24,168 nt of DNA from positions 1 through 24,168 of the IMG/VR virus record IMGVR_UViG_3300042199_000380, one strand, 5' to 3'. The stretch's first letter is position 1. Every line of letters begins with the position of its first letter. The DNA is from a virus (lineage: Duplodnaviria; Caudoviricetes). Below, in pieces: positions 24,015 to 24,168 of the stretch. Below the pieces are notes generated by a model that was given only the letters and a program-made list of their open reading frames with translations, was not told the origin of the DNA and did not search any database. Made by a program: the position numbers and the translations under genes.

Positions 24015-24168
24015 TCAGACCGGCGGCTTCTTCCACGTCACGGAGAACTCCGGGCCGTAGTCGACGAGCCCGCCGCTGTCCGTGAACTTCACGCGCAGCG
24101 CGAACGTCGCCTCGGTCTTGGAGTCAAGGTCCGACAACGAGACGAACCCCGTCCCTCCGAACGACGAC
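24015..24168 (-). CDS. 3' end of a hypothetical (probably structural) protein
   Basis: Open frame ...SKTEATFALRVKFTDSGGLVDYGPEFSVTWKKPPV* ending 1 nt before the next ATG. Confidence 0.65.
   Translation of the reverse strand, partial: SSFGGTGFVSLSDLDSKTEATFALRVKFTDSGGLVDYGPEFSVTWKKPPV

Noticed and set aside
33-24085. Many long plus-strand ORFs (e.g. 659-2632, 4123-5463, 5890-7341, 11141-12874, 17417-18883)
   Set aside because: Antisense shadows of GC3-rich minus-strand genes: Arg/Pro/His-rich, no motifs, no RBS.

Overview
A GC-rich (~70% by eye) segment of a tailed dsDNA phage genome. Essentially all real genes lie on the minus strand, many joined by ATGA/GTGA overlaps. In transcription order (right to left): the end of a structural block; a lysis cassette (CHAP/NlpC-P60-type endolysin, a membrane protein with a PAS domain, a holin-like protein); Cro-like HTH; a YqaJ recombination module; accessory genes (2OG-Fe(II) oxygenase-like, frameshifted NinG-like); replication initiator with iterons plus DnaC-like loader; RtcB; a tandem two-domain CsrA; a cos-like non-coding region; ParB-N plus glycosyltransferase; terminase small and large (lambda gpA type); then, where a portal gene would normally be, at least 5.5 kb of early/accessory genes (amidoligase, GGCT, DUF2786, DUF932, small ORFs). 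That array is built from repeated promoter-hairpin-leader modules: TTGCGC-N17-(-10) four times and AACGGAAGGGAGCA-N5-ATG six times. Best candidates for undescribed biology: (1) a PAS sensor inside the lysis cassette; (2) a single-chain CsrA dimer with a matching set of ANGGA-rich leaders. All family calls come from motif recognition by eye; no database searches were run. No integrase, repressor, tRNA or CRISPR array was seen.
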